Shown in pieces: positions 1-6,378 of a stretch of 26,058 bases of DNA (position 1 is the first letter of the stretch; each line of letters begins with the position of its first letter). The DNA lies in contig DATFCK010000520.1 of assembly GCA_035253185.1 (NCBI GenBank), positions 1-26,058 on the forward strand, read 5' to 3'. Origin of the DNA: Chthoniobacterales bacterium. GTDB taxonomy: Bacteria > Verrucomicrobiota > Verrucomicrobiia > Chthoniobacterales > UBA10450. Under the pieces are notes generated by a model. The model was not told the DNA's origin and searched no databases. It was given only the letters and a program-made list of their open reading frames with translations. The position numbers and the translations under genes are program-made.

Positions 1-414
1 CAGCCCGCTACTCGATCCCCCGTCGTTAGCCCCAACGAATGGCGCGTTGTCGAAGATCTTGGTGTCGTAATGCGAGCAAATCAAAAAATCGGGCGTCGAC
101 TTTACATTTCCGTTTTTCCCGCGGAATCGCGCAATCAGGTTGACGAACTCCATTTTGCCGCGCGGGGTTTCATCGCTGAACGGCTGGCGTGTTACTTCCC
201 ACCCGACGTCGCGAAGATTTTTTTCGATATAAGCCCGTGATCTCTCCAACGCTTCGGAACCGGGAATGCGTGGCCCGAGATCGACCAATGCCTGGACATG
301 AGCCAGCGCTTTTTCCCCCGAGACTTCTTTCCACATTGGTTCCTTCTCCGGTTCGGCCGAACACGAAACCAGACAAAACCCTAACAACACTGCAGCTGGG
401 AAAAAGATCCGCAT
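1..414 (-). CDS. M28 family metallopeptidase / glutaminyl-cyclase-like lipoprotein (5' part only; runs off the left edge)
   Basis: Not in the ORF track because it has no stop in the window. Manual translation from ATG 414 gives MRIFFPAAVLLGFCLVSCSAEPEKEPMWKEVSGEKALAHVQALVDLGPRIPGSEALERSRAYIEKNL...VNLIARF...FLICSHYDTKIFDNAPFVGANDGGSSSGL. It has a lipobox-like LVSC and the M28 motifs SHYDT and GANDGGS. Confidence 0.9.
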   Translation of the reverse strand, partial: MRIFFPAAVLLGFCLVSCSAEPEKEPMWKEVSGEKALAHVQALVDLGPRIPGSEALERSRAYIEKNLRDVGWEVTRQPFSDETPRGKMEFVNLIARFRGKNGNVKSTPDFLICSHYDTKIFDNAPFVGANDGGSSSGL

Positions 415-565
415 ATGACGAGGTGTTAACGGTAGCGGCGGTCTATTCGTCACGCCATAGGCTTGGCGAAGGCGGATGATCGTCGCACTTTTCCGAAAAA
501 GACGTTCAGCACCGGCGACGCCCGACAACAATAGTGAGCACCCCGCAACGGACCAAAACAACCGG

Positions 566-1462
566 TCAACTCTGGCTCGGTCGCACGCCGAGCAGATTCA
601 AAATCCGGTCGAGATCTTCGTTGCCATAGTAATCGATCTCGATTCGTCCACTCTTTTCGCCGTGCTGAATCTTGACGTGTGTTCCGAGATGTTGCTGCAG
701 GCGCTCTTCCAGATCGGAAATGGCCGCCGAGCTGCCGTTCTGATTCCCACCGCGCGGTTTCCGGCGTTTGCTCGCGATCCCAAGTTGTCGGGCTACCAGC
801 CGTTCGGTCGCCCGAACGGTTGATTTGCGTCGCAACACCAGTTCGGCCACCAGCAACTGTTCCTCGGCTGACTTCAGGGCGAGCAAAACCTTGGCGTGGC
901 CCACCGACAACAAATCCTGGGTAAGCCAGATTTGGATTTGCCGGTGCAGATCGAGTAAGCGCATCGCGTTCGCCACCGCGGCCCGGCTACGCCCGACTTT
1001 GAGGGCGATGTCTTCCTGGCGCATTCCGAATTCACTGGCCAGCCGGGCGTATCCCTGCGCTTCCTCGATCGGGTTTAGGTCCTCACGTTGGAGATTCTCG
1101 ATCAGGGATAGTTCAAGAACTTCGAGATCGCTGGCATAACGAATCACCACCGGCACCTCCGTTAGGCCGGCTTCCTGGGCCGCGCGCCAGCGACGTTCTC
1201 CCGCTATTAATTCGTGCCGGCCATCGACCGGCCGCACAATCAAGGGCTGAATAATTCCGTGCTGTTTGATCGAATCGACCAGTTCCTGCAGCGCGTCCCG
1301 CTCGAATTCTTTCCGCGGCTGGAGTGAACTGGGACTAATGCTGGCAACTGCCATCGTCCGCACGTTATCGGTGGTCGCGGGCGACTCAGAATCTGACCGA
1401 GGAGCGATCGGCCGAGTGCCGATGAGGGCACCGAGACCTTTGCCGAGCGCCGATTTCGCCAT
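566..1462 (-). CDS. parB: ParB/Spo0J chromosome partitioning protein
   Basis: MAKSALGKGLGALIG N-terminus, QPRKEF, GIIQPLIVR, CTPase box LIAGERRWRAAQ, LIENLQREDLNPIEEA, HTH QEDIALKVGRSRAAVANAMRLL, and C-terminal GRIEIDYY. Start moved from 1498 to ATG 1462 on the family N-terminus and promoter position. Confidence 0.97.
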   Translation of the reverse strand: MAKSALGKGLGALIGTRPIAPRSDSESPATTDNVRTMAVASISPSSLQPRKEFERDALQELVDSIKQHGIIQPLIVRPVDGRHELIAGERRWRAAQEAGLTEVPVVIRYASDLEVLELSLIENLQREDLNPIEEAQGYARLASEFGMRQEDIALKVGRSRAAVANAMRLLDLHRQIQIWLTQDLLSVGHAKVLLALKSAEEQLLVAELVLRRKSTVRATERLVARQLGIASKRRKPRGGNQNGSSAAISDLEERLQQHLGTHVKIQHGEKSGRIEIDYYGNEDLDRILNLLGVRPSQS

Positions 1463-1469
1463 GGTTTGC

Positions 1470-1498
1470 ATGCTAGCGGAACAGCGCGATGAGCGCAA
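1470..1498 (-). promoter_or_regulatory. Putative sigma70-type promoter of parB (leaderless geometry)
   Basis: Minus strand reads TTGCGC-N17-TAGCAT, then 7 nt (gcaaacc), then ATG 1462. Confidence 0.65.
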
Positions 1499-1528
1499 TC
1501 AGCAAGCCTTCACCTTCTCTTGTTGACT

Positions 1529-1558
1529 TTTGAGCACACTTTTAAAAGTGTGCTCAAA
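1529..1558. repeat. Perfect 30-bp palindrome, possible operator
   Basis: TTTGAGCACACTTTT|AAAAGTGTGCTCAAA; 15 consecutive pairs, centre between 1543 and 1544. Confidence 0.9.
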
Positions 1559-1681
1559 TAACAGCTGCATGCCGCCCTAACGACGCTGGTGCGCGCTATG
1601 GTGACCAGCTGCGGGGGATAGTGCAAACCGCTAAAGACTTCGTCGATTTCGCGGTGGTTTAGCAATTACCACTTTAGAACC

Positions 1682-1735
1682 CCGAAGAAGCGCGATCTCG
1701 CTGGGGGTCGGGGGGGCGAGATCCGCGCTTTTCGG
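1682..1735. other. Long GC-rich stem-loop with a G-rich (plus) / C-rich (minus) 14-nt loop; possible terminator or sRNA element
   Basis: ccgaagaagcgcgatctcgc [tgggggtcgggggg] gcgagatccgcgcttttcgg: 19 bp with two single-nt bulges. Confidence 0.7.
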
Positions 1736-2008
1736 TGTTACGCGTTCCGAGGGTCCAAGTGCTCCGGGGGCTTCGGGTTGGGATGCGGTCGGTATCGACA
1801 GTCGGGGGAAGCTGCCGAGCCCGTGCAGAGGTAAATATTTAGTCGCCGCTCCACTAGTTCGGGGGCCCTTATAAGCCGAGACCGGCCCACGGTCTATTCC
1901 CCAAAAACCGCCAATTTTTCCTACGAGTTTTCCTGTAGATTATTGCAGAATCGGCTAAGTTTTGGTTACCTCGGGCTTGCGTCCCCTTAGCACGGTTTAA
2001 GAGATCGG

Positions 2009-2746
2009 ATGCAACTGCCACATACCAGCCACTCGGACGAGCGGGACTCGATCAGCCTTGTCATCGTCGACGATCACATCTTCATGCGTGATCTGATGGC
2101 CCGCACCATTGCCCGACAACGGACCCGCTATGCCGTTCTAGCCGCGGTAGGCACGGCCGCAGAAGCCAAAGCCGCTTGCAGTAGGTTTCAACCCGACCTG
2201 TTAATCCTCGACATCAATTTGCCGGACCAGAACGGGATTGATGCGTTACCCGAATTAAAACAAGTCGCGCCCTCCACCCGGATTCTGTTATGTACGGGTT
2301 ATCCTACCGATGATCGGATCGCCGACCTGGCCAGCGCCGGCGCCCATGGTTTTGTAGAAAAGACCAATACCTGGGATGACTTTCTTCAAGCGGTCGAACG
2401 AGTGGGACGCGGCGAATATTACTTCTGTTCTCGCAACGTAAAGCCTGCGGCTCCGGCATCACCTCATTCGGCAAAGCCGGCAAATGACGATTCTGCCGAG
2501 CCTTACCTAACGACGCGGGAAAAAGAGATTATTACGCTGATTGCCGAAGGCCTTATCAGCAAAGAAATCGGCAACAAACTACATATCAGCGTGGCGACCG
2601 TTGAAACTCATCGCACAAATCTTATGAAAAAGCTTGGAGTCAGGAATGTGGCCGGTCTGGTAAAGCATGCATTCCATTCCGGTCTGGTGAAACCGCGATT
2701 AGTTAGTGCCAGATTGGGACGTCCGACCTCCCGAAACGGACAGTAG
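2009..2746 (+). CDS. NarL/FixJ-family response regulator (receiver + LuxR HTH)
   Basis: Receiver motifs LVIVDDH, phospho-acceptor LLILDINLP and GAHGFVEK; C-terminal LTTREKEIITLIAEGLISKEIGNKLHISVATVETHRTNLMKKL. Confidence 0.95.
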   Translation: MQLPHTSHSDERDSISLVIVDDHIFMRDLMARTIARQRTRYAVLAAVGTAAEAKAACSRFQPDLLILDINLPDQNGIDALPELKQVAPSTRILLCTGYPTDDRIADLASAGAHGFVEKTNTWDDFLQAVERVGRGEYYFCSRNVKPAAPASPHSAKPANDDSAEPYLTTREKEIITLIAEGLISKEIGNKLHISVATVETHRTNLMKKLGVRNVAGLVKHAFHSGLVKPRLVSARLGRPTSRNGQ

Positions 2747-2774
2747 GTATTCGATCGCGTTTTTTTGTCACCGG

Positions 2775-2802
2775 TTGCGTCGCTGACCGCTGAAGTTACT
2801 CT
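2775..2802 (+). promoter_or_regulatory. Putative promoter of mqnD (leaderless geometry)
   Basis: TTGCGT-N16-TACTCT, then 7 nt, then ATG 2810. Confidence 0.6.
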
Positions 2803-2809
2803 CGATAGC

Positions 2810-3691
2810 ATGTCGGTGGCTGCTGAAACGTTTACCCTGGGACATTCCCCGGACCCGGATGATGCCTTCATGTTTTACGCGATGGCCGAGAACAAGATCG
2901 ATCTCCGCGGCTATCGGTTCGAACATCAGCTTCAGGATATCCAGACCTTGAACGAGCGTTGTTTGCGCGAGGAGATCGATATTTCGGCCATATCAATTCA
3001 CGCCTACGCGTACGTGTCGGAGAATTACGCGCTGTTGCCCTGCGGCGCGAGCATGGGTAATGGGTATGGCCCCCTCGTAATAAGCAAACGCCGAACGCCG
3101 AACGCCGACCATCGAACGCCGAATTCCGAAGCAGGAATTCGCGAATCGCTGGCGAGCAGTAAAATCGCGGTGCCGGGAAAGATGACGAGCGCGTTTTTGG
3201 CACTTCAACTTTTTCTCGGAAAGTTTGAATTCGTCGTTGTGCCGTTCGATCAGATTTTTGATGCGGTGAACAACGGCCAGGCGGATGCCGGGCTAATTAT
3301 TCACGAGGGACAATTGACTTATCAGAAGGCGGGGTTCGAAAAACTCGTCGATCTCGGTGAATGGTGGAAGCAGAGGACTGGTTTACCGCTGCCGCTTGGC
3401 GGCAATGTAGTGCGCAAGACTATCGAGCCGTCGGTTCGTTCCGACATCGCGCAGATCATGCGCGAAAGCATCGACTACGCTCTGGACCATCGCCGCCAGG
3501 CAGTCGCCCATTCGATGCCTTATGCCCGCGATATGGAGACAGATCTCGCGGACAAATTCATCGGCATGTACGTGAACGAATTTACTCGCGATTACGGTGA
3601 TACCGGCCGTGCCGCGATCCGCGAATTTCTGGGACAGGCCTCCAAAGGTGGATATATCGCCAGCGAAGTGAAACTGGAATTCGTTAGCTAA
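2810..3691 (+). CDS. mqnD: 1,4-dihydroxy-6-naphthoate synthase (MqnA/MqnD/SBP family; futalosine menaquinone pathway)
   Basis: LGHSPDPDDAFMFYA, DIQTLN, ISAISIHAY, GASMGNGYGP, IAVPG, GLIIHEGQLTY, DLGEWW, LPLPLGGN, FIGMYVN. Start moved to ATG 2810. Confidence 0.9.
   Translation: MSVAAETFTLGHSPDPDDAFMFYAMAENKIDLRGYRFEHQLQDIQTLNERCLREEIDISAISIHAYAYVSENYALLPCGASMGNGYGPLVISKRRTPNADHRTPNSEAGIRESLASSKIAVPGKMTSAFLALQLFLGKFEFVVVPFDQIFDAVNNGQADAGLIIHEGQLTYQKAGFEKLVDLGEWWKQRTGLPLPLGGNVVRKTIEPSVRSDIAQIMRESIDYALDHRRQAVAHSMPYARDMETDLADKFIGMYVNEFTRDYGDTGRAAIREFLGQASKGGYIASEVKLEFVS
3087..3128 (+). repeat. Six tandem heptamers (consensus AACGCCG) in frame inside mqnD
   Basis: aacgccg aacgccg aacgccg accatcg aacgccg aattccg = 42 bp, encoding (K)RRTPNADHRTPNS(E). 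Confidence 0.85.
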
Positions 3692-3763
3692 CGGAGGGAC
3701 GAGCTTGTCTCGTCCCATTAATTCCCGATCAAAAAAATAAGACGAGACAACCTCGTCCCTCCG
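3692..3763. repeat. REP-like inverted doublet filling the convergent intergenic space; possible bidirectional terminator
   Basis: cggagggacgagcttgtctcgtc (3692-3714) and its inverted copy (3741-3763) match 22/23. Each arm is itself a hairpin (GGACGAG-5nt-CTCGTCC). Confidence 0.8.
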
Positions 3764-3946
3764 CTATTTCTTCTTCGGTTCGGCCGGTTTGGTCGAGGTC
3801 TGGCTGGTCACAAACGACTTCAGCCGGTTGAATTCTTTCTTGAATCCGTTCGTAAAATCGGCGGTTCCGTATTCGAAGAGAACTACGAAGCTAAAGGTAA
3901 AAAACAGAAACAGGACGACCCAAAAGATCGTACGAACCAACTGCAT
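3764..3946 (-). CDS. Small single-pass membrane protein, hypothetical (60 aa)
   Basis: MQLVRTIFWVVLFLFFTFSFVVLFEYG hydrophobic helix plus a Lys-rich tail. It has a clean upstream promoter and fits between the REP-like element and the next gene. Confidence 0.75.
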   Translation of the reverse strand: MQLVRTIFWVVLFLFFTFSFVVLFEYGTADFTNGFKKEFNRLKSFVTSQTSTKPAEPKKK

Positions 3947-3953
3947 GGCCGAC

Positions 3954-3982
3954 ACGGTAACTTACTCGCGTTCCATGGTCAA
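3954..3982 (-). promoter_or_regulatory. Putative promoter of the small membrane protein gene (leaderless geometry)
   Basis: Minus strand TTGACC-N17-TACCGT, then 7 nt, then ATG 3946. Confidence 0.7.
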
Positions 3983-4012
3983 CGTCGCCGGGTTTCTGGC
4001 GCAAGTTCGCGT

Positions 4013-4040
4013 TTGAACCAGCGTCCGAAACTGCCATGCT
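4013..4040 (+). promoter_or_regulatory. Putative promoter of the DegT gene (leaderless geometry)
   Basis: TTGAAC-N16-CATGCT, then 7 nt, then ATG 4048. Confidence 0.5.
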
Positions 4041-4047
4041 TCGGCCG

Positions 4048-5235
4048 ATGCGCGTGCCGCTACTCGATCTCAGCCAGCAATACCGGTCACTAGCAGATCC
4101 ACTTCGCGCGGAAATCGAGCAAGTGCTCGAAAGTCAACGGTTCATCCTTGGGCCGAAACTTAACGAGTTCGAGCAGGCAATCACCGAGTTCTGCCTGGCG
4201 CCATTCGCCATCGGCGTTTCATCCGGCACCGACGCTCTGCTCGCCATCCTGATGGGAATGGAAATCGGTCACGGGGATGCGGTAATCACCACTCCATTCA
4301 CCTTCTTCGCGACCGCCGGATGCGTTGCGCGACTTGGGGCCAAGCCAATCTTTGTCGACATCGACCAGGCGACATTAAACATCTCGCCGGCCGCCTTGGA
4401 AAAATTTGTTAACGAGGAATGCGAAAAGCGAGATCAATGGCTGGTGATTCGCAGCACCGGAGAGAAAGTCCGGGCCATTATTCCGGTCCATCTTTTCGGA
4501 TTGTGCTGCGAGATGAACGAGATTCATCGGATAGCGCAGAGTTTTAGCCTAACGATTATCGAGGACGCAGCCCAGGCAATTGGCGCGGAATACCCGTTTC
4601 TCGACGGACCTCGCGCCGCCGGAACGATGGGCAGCACCGGATTTTTCAGTTTTTATCCAACCAAAAACCTGGGAGCCGCCGGTGATGCCGGGTTGATCTT
4701 GTGTCGCGACCACAATGTCGCAGAAAAACTGCGCACCATCCGGGAACACGGAATGCGACCGCGCTATTACCACGCTCTCCTGGGCGGAAACTTTCGGATG
4801 GATGAAATTCAGGCGGCAATTCTCAAGGTCAAGCTGCCTCATTTACGAAAATGGGCGGCAGCGCGACGAGCCGCGGCCGATTTTTACGGTGAACAATTTG
4901 CGGAAGCCGGCCTAACGGGCACGATCCGTTTACCGGCCGAACCGTACCGTCAAGGGGTGACCGAGCATCATGTTTATCATCAGTATGTGATTCGCACGCC
5001 CGATCGCGACGGGCTGCGCGAGCATCTGGCGCGAAACGAAATCGGGTCCGAAATTTATTATCCGCTGGGGTTACATCTGCAGGAATGTTTCCGCGGTCTC
5101 GGTTACCGCGACGGCGACTTGCCGCAAACCGAACGCGCCACCCATGAAGTCCTGGCCCTGCCGATGTTCCCGGAAATCTCGCGCGAATCGCAGCGCTACG
5201 TGGTGGAGACAATCAAACGGTTTTTCGCCCCTTAG
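4048..5235 (+). CDS. DegT/DnrJ/EryC1/StrS family PLP-dependent sugar aminotransferase
   Basis: MRVPLLDL, GVSSGTDAL, VITTPFTFFATA, IIPVHLFG, IIEDAAQAIGA, PLP-lysine motif FSFYPTKNLGAAGDAG, GGNFRMDEIQAA, VLALPMFP. An alternative start exists at 4036. Confidence 0.96.
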   Translation: MRVPLLDLSQQYRSLADPLRAEIEQVLESQRFILGPKLNEFEQAITEFCLAPFAIGVSSGTDALLAILMGMEIGHGDAVITTPFTFFATAGCVARLGAKPIFVDIDQATLNISPAALEKFVNEECEKRDQWLVIRSTGEKVRAIIPVHLFGLCCEMNEIHRIAQSFSLTIIEDAAQAIGAEYPFLDGPRAAGTMGSTGFFSFYPTKNLGAAGDAGLILCRDHNVAEKLRTIREHGMRPRYYHALLGGNFRMDEIQAAILKVKLPHLRKWAAARRAAADFYGEQFAEAGLTGTIRLPAEPYRQGVTEHHVYHQYVIRTPDRDGLREHLARNEIGSEIYYPLGLHLQECFRGLGYRDGDLPQTERATHEVLALPMFPEISRESQRYVVETIKRFFAP

Positions 5236-5334
5236 GACCGGGCCGCAGCAGAGGTCAAACTACTTGCGACCGGTGTGGCACAAGCCTATATGAAACTCCG
5301 AAAGTTTTCGCGAGCGCACGCTCGCAGCAACCAC

Positions 5335-5418
5335 GGGTAGGTTCCGGAGTGGCCAAACGGGGCAGACTGTAAATCTGCTGGCTTTACGCCTTCGCTGGTT
5401 CGAATCCAGCCCTGCCCA
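5335..5418 (+). tRNA. tRNA-Tyr (anticodon GUA), type II long variable arm, CCA not encoded
   Basis: Acceptor GGGTAGG/CCTGCCC plus discriminator A; D-arm CCG-GAGTGGCCAAA-CGG; anticodon arm GCAGA-CTGTAAA-TCTGC; T-arm GCTGG-TTCGAAT-CCAGC; followed by GG rather than CCA. Confidence 0.98.
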
Positions 5419-5466
5419 GGCTCTTAATGGGAAGCCTCATTGAGCCGGATTCGGTATCGGTCGACG

Positions 5467-5853
5467 CTATCGCCGCCGCCGTTTAGAACCGCGCGCCGAT
5501 TTTTTCGCGGTCGTTTTGCGGCCGCGCGATTTCCCAGGCCCTTTGCGCGCAGATTTCTTCGTGCTCCGTTTGGACGCTGTTTTTTTCGTTCGCTTCGCAG
5601 CCCCGGCAGTACTTTTCCGTGAGCGACCGCTTTTCCGCGAGCTCGGTCGGGAAGATGTCTTGCGTCGGCGACCGGCCGCGCGCGCGGCCAGCGCGCCGAC
5701 GACGCCGCCTACCACGGCACCGATCGGACCAGCCACACTGCCAACCACCGCTCCCGCAGCGGCGCCGGCTGCATCTTTGCGAATTGGCGGCAACTGGATG
5801 TTGTTACGCGATTGATTCGACTTGGAACTTTCTGATTCTTTTTCGTCAGCCAT
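5467..5853 (-). CDS. Hypothetical 128-aa protein: glycine-zipper hairpin followed by a very basic histone-H1-like tail
   Basis: GAAAGAVVGSVAGPIGAVVGGVVG (repeated GxxxG). The last 71 aa contain 33 K/R and no D/E. SD-like GAAAGG lies 5 nt before ATG 5853. Confidence 0.8.
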   Translation of the reverse strand: MADEKESESSKSNQSRNNIQLPPIRKDAAGAAAGAVVGSVAGPIGAVVGGVVGALAARAAGRRRKTSSRPSSRKSGRSRKSTAGAAKRTKKTASKRSTKKSARKGPGKSRGRKTTAKKSARGSKRRRR

Positions 5854-5935
5854 AAAAACCTTTCGTGCACTTCGTTAGACAGAAAGTATTTCGAACTGCG
5901 CTGATCAATAAGCCGTAAGAACGTTTCGATTCAGG

Positions 5936-5967
5936 AAACAAAAAAGCGGTCACCGTGGTGACCGCTT
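5936..5967 (-). terminator. Rho-independent terminator after the RRM gene
   Basis: Stem aagcggtcac-cgtg-gtgaccgctt, followed on the minus strand by TTTTGTTT; 21 nt past the stop. Confidence 0.85.
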
Positions 5968-5988
5968 CTTGCAAATTGGAATTTTCGG

Positions 5989-6378
5989 TTAGTGTCCGCG
6001 TCGTTGACCGCCGTCACGGCGACCTCCGCCGTAGCCGCCGCCGCCGCCACCGTAGCCGCCGCCACCACCGCCGTAGCCGCCGCCGCCACCGCCATATCCG
6101 CGGCCACCACCGCCACCGGGCGGACGGGCCTCACGCGGACGGGCTTCGTTCACGGTCAGGGTGCGACCTTCAACGGTTTGACCGTTGATTTTAGCAATCG
6201 CGTTTTGGGCATCCTGTTCCGATCCCATCGTCACGAAAGCAAAGCCGCGGGATTTGCCGGTAAACTTATCCTGCATCAGAGTGACTTCCTGGACCGCACC
6301 TGCTTGCGAAAAAAGTTCCTGCAGTTCGTTTTCCGTCGTATTGAAGGAAAGATTGCCAACGTATAGTTTAGTTCCCAT
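5989..6378 (-). CDS. RRM (RNP-1) RNA-binding protein with Gly/Tyr-rich tail
   Basis: RNP2 LYVGNL, RNP1 RGFAFVTM, GRTLTVNEARPRE, and a C-terminal (GGGGGYG)n tail. Confidence 0.97.
   Translation of the reverse strand: MGTKLYVGNLSFNTTENELQELFSQAGAVQEVTLMQDKFTGKSRGFAFVTMGSEQDAQNAIAKINGQTVEGRTLTVNEARPREARPPGGGGGRGYGGGGGGYGGGGGGYGGGGGGYGGGRRDGGQRRGH
6029..6091. repeat. 3 x 21-bp coding tandem repeat (Gly-Tyr tail of the RRM protein)
   Basis: ccgtagccgccgccgccgcca / ccgtagccgccgccaccaccg / ccgtagccgccgccgccaccg, plus a degenerate fourth unit. Confidence 0.85.

Noticed and set aside
170-479. ORF-track calls 170..376 (-) and 189..479 (+)
   Set aside because: They overlap the M28 gene, which has clear family motifs in another frame; their translations lack motifs.
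1531-1556. Calling the palindrome a CIRCE element
   Set aside because: The spacer is 8 nt rather than the conserved 9, each half-site has two mismatches, and no chaperone gene is adjacent. Kept only as a resemblance.
1605-1630. Riboswitch-like fragments (minus-strand gcactatcccccgcagctg resembling the cobalamin core; plus-strand gcaaacc resembling c-di-GMP-I)
   Set aside because: The other conserved elements of either riboswitch are not present at plausible spacing.
5335-5466. tRNA-Tyr as an integration site
   Set aside because: No integrase, no duplicated tRNA 3' end and no cargo-like island; flanking genes are ordinary.
6029-6091. CRISPR-like repeat
   Set aside because: The units are contiguous with no spacers and encode the Gly-Tyr tail.
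5931-6366. Ala/Arg-rich ORFs 5931..6134, 5955..6188 and 5992..6366
   Set aside because: Frame or antisense shadows of the GGC/GGT-rich RRM tail.
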